A DNA stretch of 64,000 nucleotides. Origin: a virus. The DNA lies in the IMG/VR virus record IMGVR_UViG_3300018876_000008, positions 96,001 through 160,000 of that record; one strand, written 5' to 3'. Within the stretch, counting starts at the first letter, position 1. Each line of letters opens with the position of its first letter. Below are positions 63,520-64,000 of this stretch, piece after piece. The notes under the pieces are model-generated. The model worked only from the letters and a program-made list of their open reading frames with translations. It was not told where the DNA came from and searched no databases. The translations under genes were made by a program, and so were the position numbers.

Positions 63520-64000
63520 ATGGCAGATTTAAAACCTCTAGGTAGTGAAAAATTAGAAGGTCAAGAAAAAATTAGTAGAATTCTTGAGATAGCTAATTAT
63601 GGTTCCAAACCATCTACCGTGAATGAAAGTAAAAACTCCGCAGCCGAATATTCAATTCAATTGGCGGATGGAAATTATTATGGGATTGTAAAAGAAAAAT
63701 TAGGATACATCGTTAAAAAAGGAATTAACGAATCAGAACTTGATTATATCGAACCAATGCAAAACCGTAAATATCATAAATCTTTTTCACAAGCAATGAA
63801 AAAAGTTAATTTAACCGCAGGTGAATTAAATAGATTACATGAAAATGAAGAAGGGTTAAACCTAATAGGTGAACAAAAAAAGTTTGTTTTAAAAACACCT
63901 AAACCTGAAGTTGAGGTTGATGTTGAAGAACCTGTAGTTGAACCTGAATTAGATATGGATGTTGATGCTGATTTAGACCTTGATTTAGACGCTGATGAAC
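63520..64000 (+). CDS. 5' part of an acidic protein with repeated xNE/xxE sites (runs off window)
   Basis: MADLKPLGSEKLEGQEKISRILEIA...VNES...INES...LHEN...IGEQ; frame open to window end. Confidence 0.75.
   Translation, partial: MADLKPLGSEKLEGQEKISRILEIANYGSKPSTVNESKNSAAEYSIQLADGNYYGIVKEKLGYIVKKGINESELDYIEPMQNRKYHKSFSQAMKKVNLTAGELNRLHENEEGLNLIGEQKKFVLKTPKPEVEVDVEEPVVEPELDMDVDADLDLDLDADE

Noticed and set aside
1-64000. Stop-codon reassignment as seen in some large phages
   Set aside because: Conserved genes are full length in the standard code, TAG and TGA end genes normally, and no suppressor tRNA is present
1-64000. Bacterial chromosome segment
   Set aside because: Host-like genes are isolated among short hypothetical genes with no housekeeping operons, and a non-host promoter motif is widespread; no hallmark capsid gene is in the window, so the phage call remains an inference

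Overview
AT-rich, gene-dense 64 kb segment that reads as part of a large (jumbo-type) tailed phage of Bacteroidota. No capsid, terminase or polymerase gene falls in this window, so the phage call is an inference. It rests on many short hypothetical genes on alternating strands, tRNAs and tmRNA without rRNA, lysis enzymes and scattered host-like metabolic genes. The host call rests on Bacteroidota-type TAnnTTTG promoters, two proteins with type IX secretion (T9SS) type-B C-terminal domains, signal peptides cleaved before Gln, and a tmRNA tag starting GET. Recognisable genes: clpP, an N-domain-less ClpC-like ATPase with a divergent tandem-UVR protein, mgsA, cysC with a HIGH-motif nucleotidyltransferase, a PPK2 fusion, FKBP PPIase, amidase, glucosaminidase, GT17 and GT25 glycosyltransferases, 2OG-Fe(II) oxygenases, HNH and non-specific nucleases, 8 tRNAs and tmRNA. 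A second motif, TATTTAT, precedes a separate gene class whose products often carry (I/L/V)-x-E leader motifs, suggesting late, head-packaged, protease-processed proteins. The best candidate for an undescribed system is the leader of the tRNA array (26810-27035, minus strand). It has a host-type promoter, an unannotated 23-codon peptide built almost entirely from codons read by the array's own tRNAs, an antiterminator 2 nt after its stop codon, an intrinsic terminator, then a boxA and the tRNAs. This is the layout of a ribosome-mediated attenuator that would switch on phage tRNAs when those tRNAs are depleted. The array also holds a tRNA-shaped RNA with an enlarged anticodon arm and two structured spacers. 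A separate ~670 nt ORF-free region (9480-10150) looks like a large structured ncRNA. All family assignments are by motif recognition; no database search was run.
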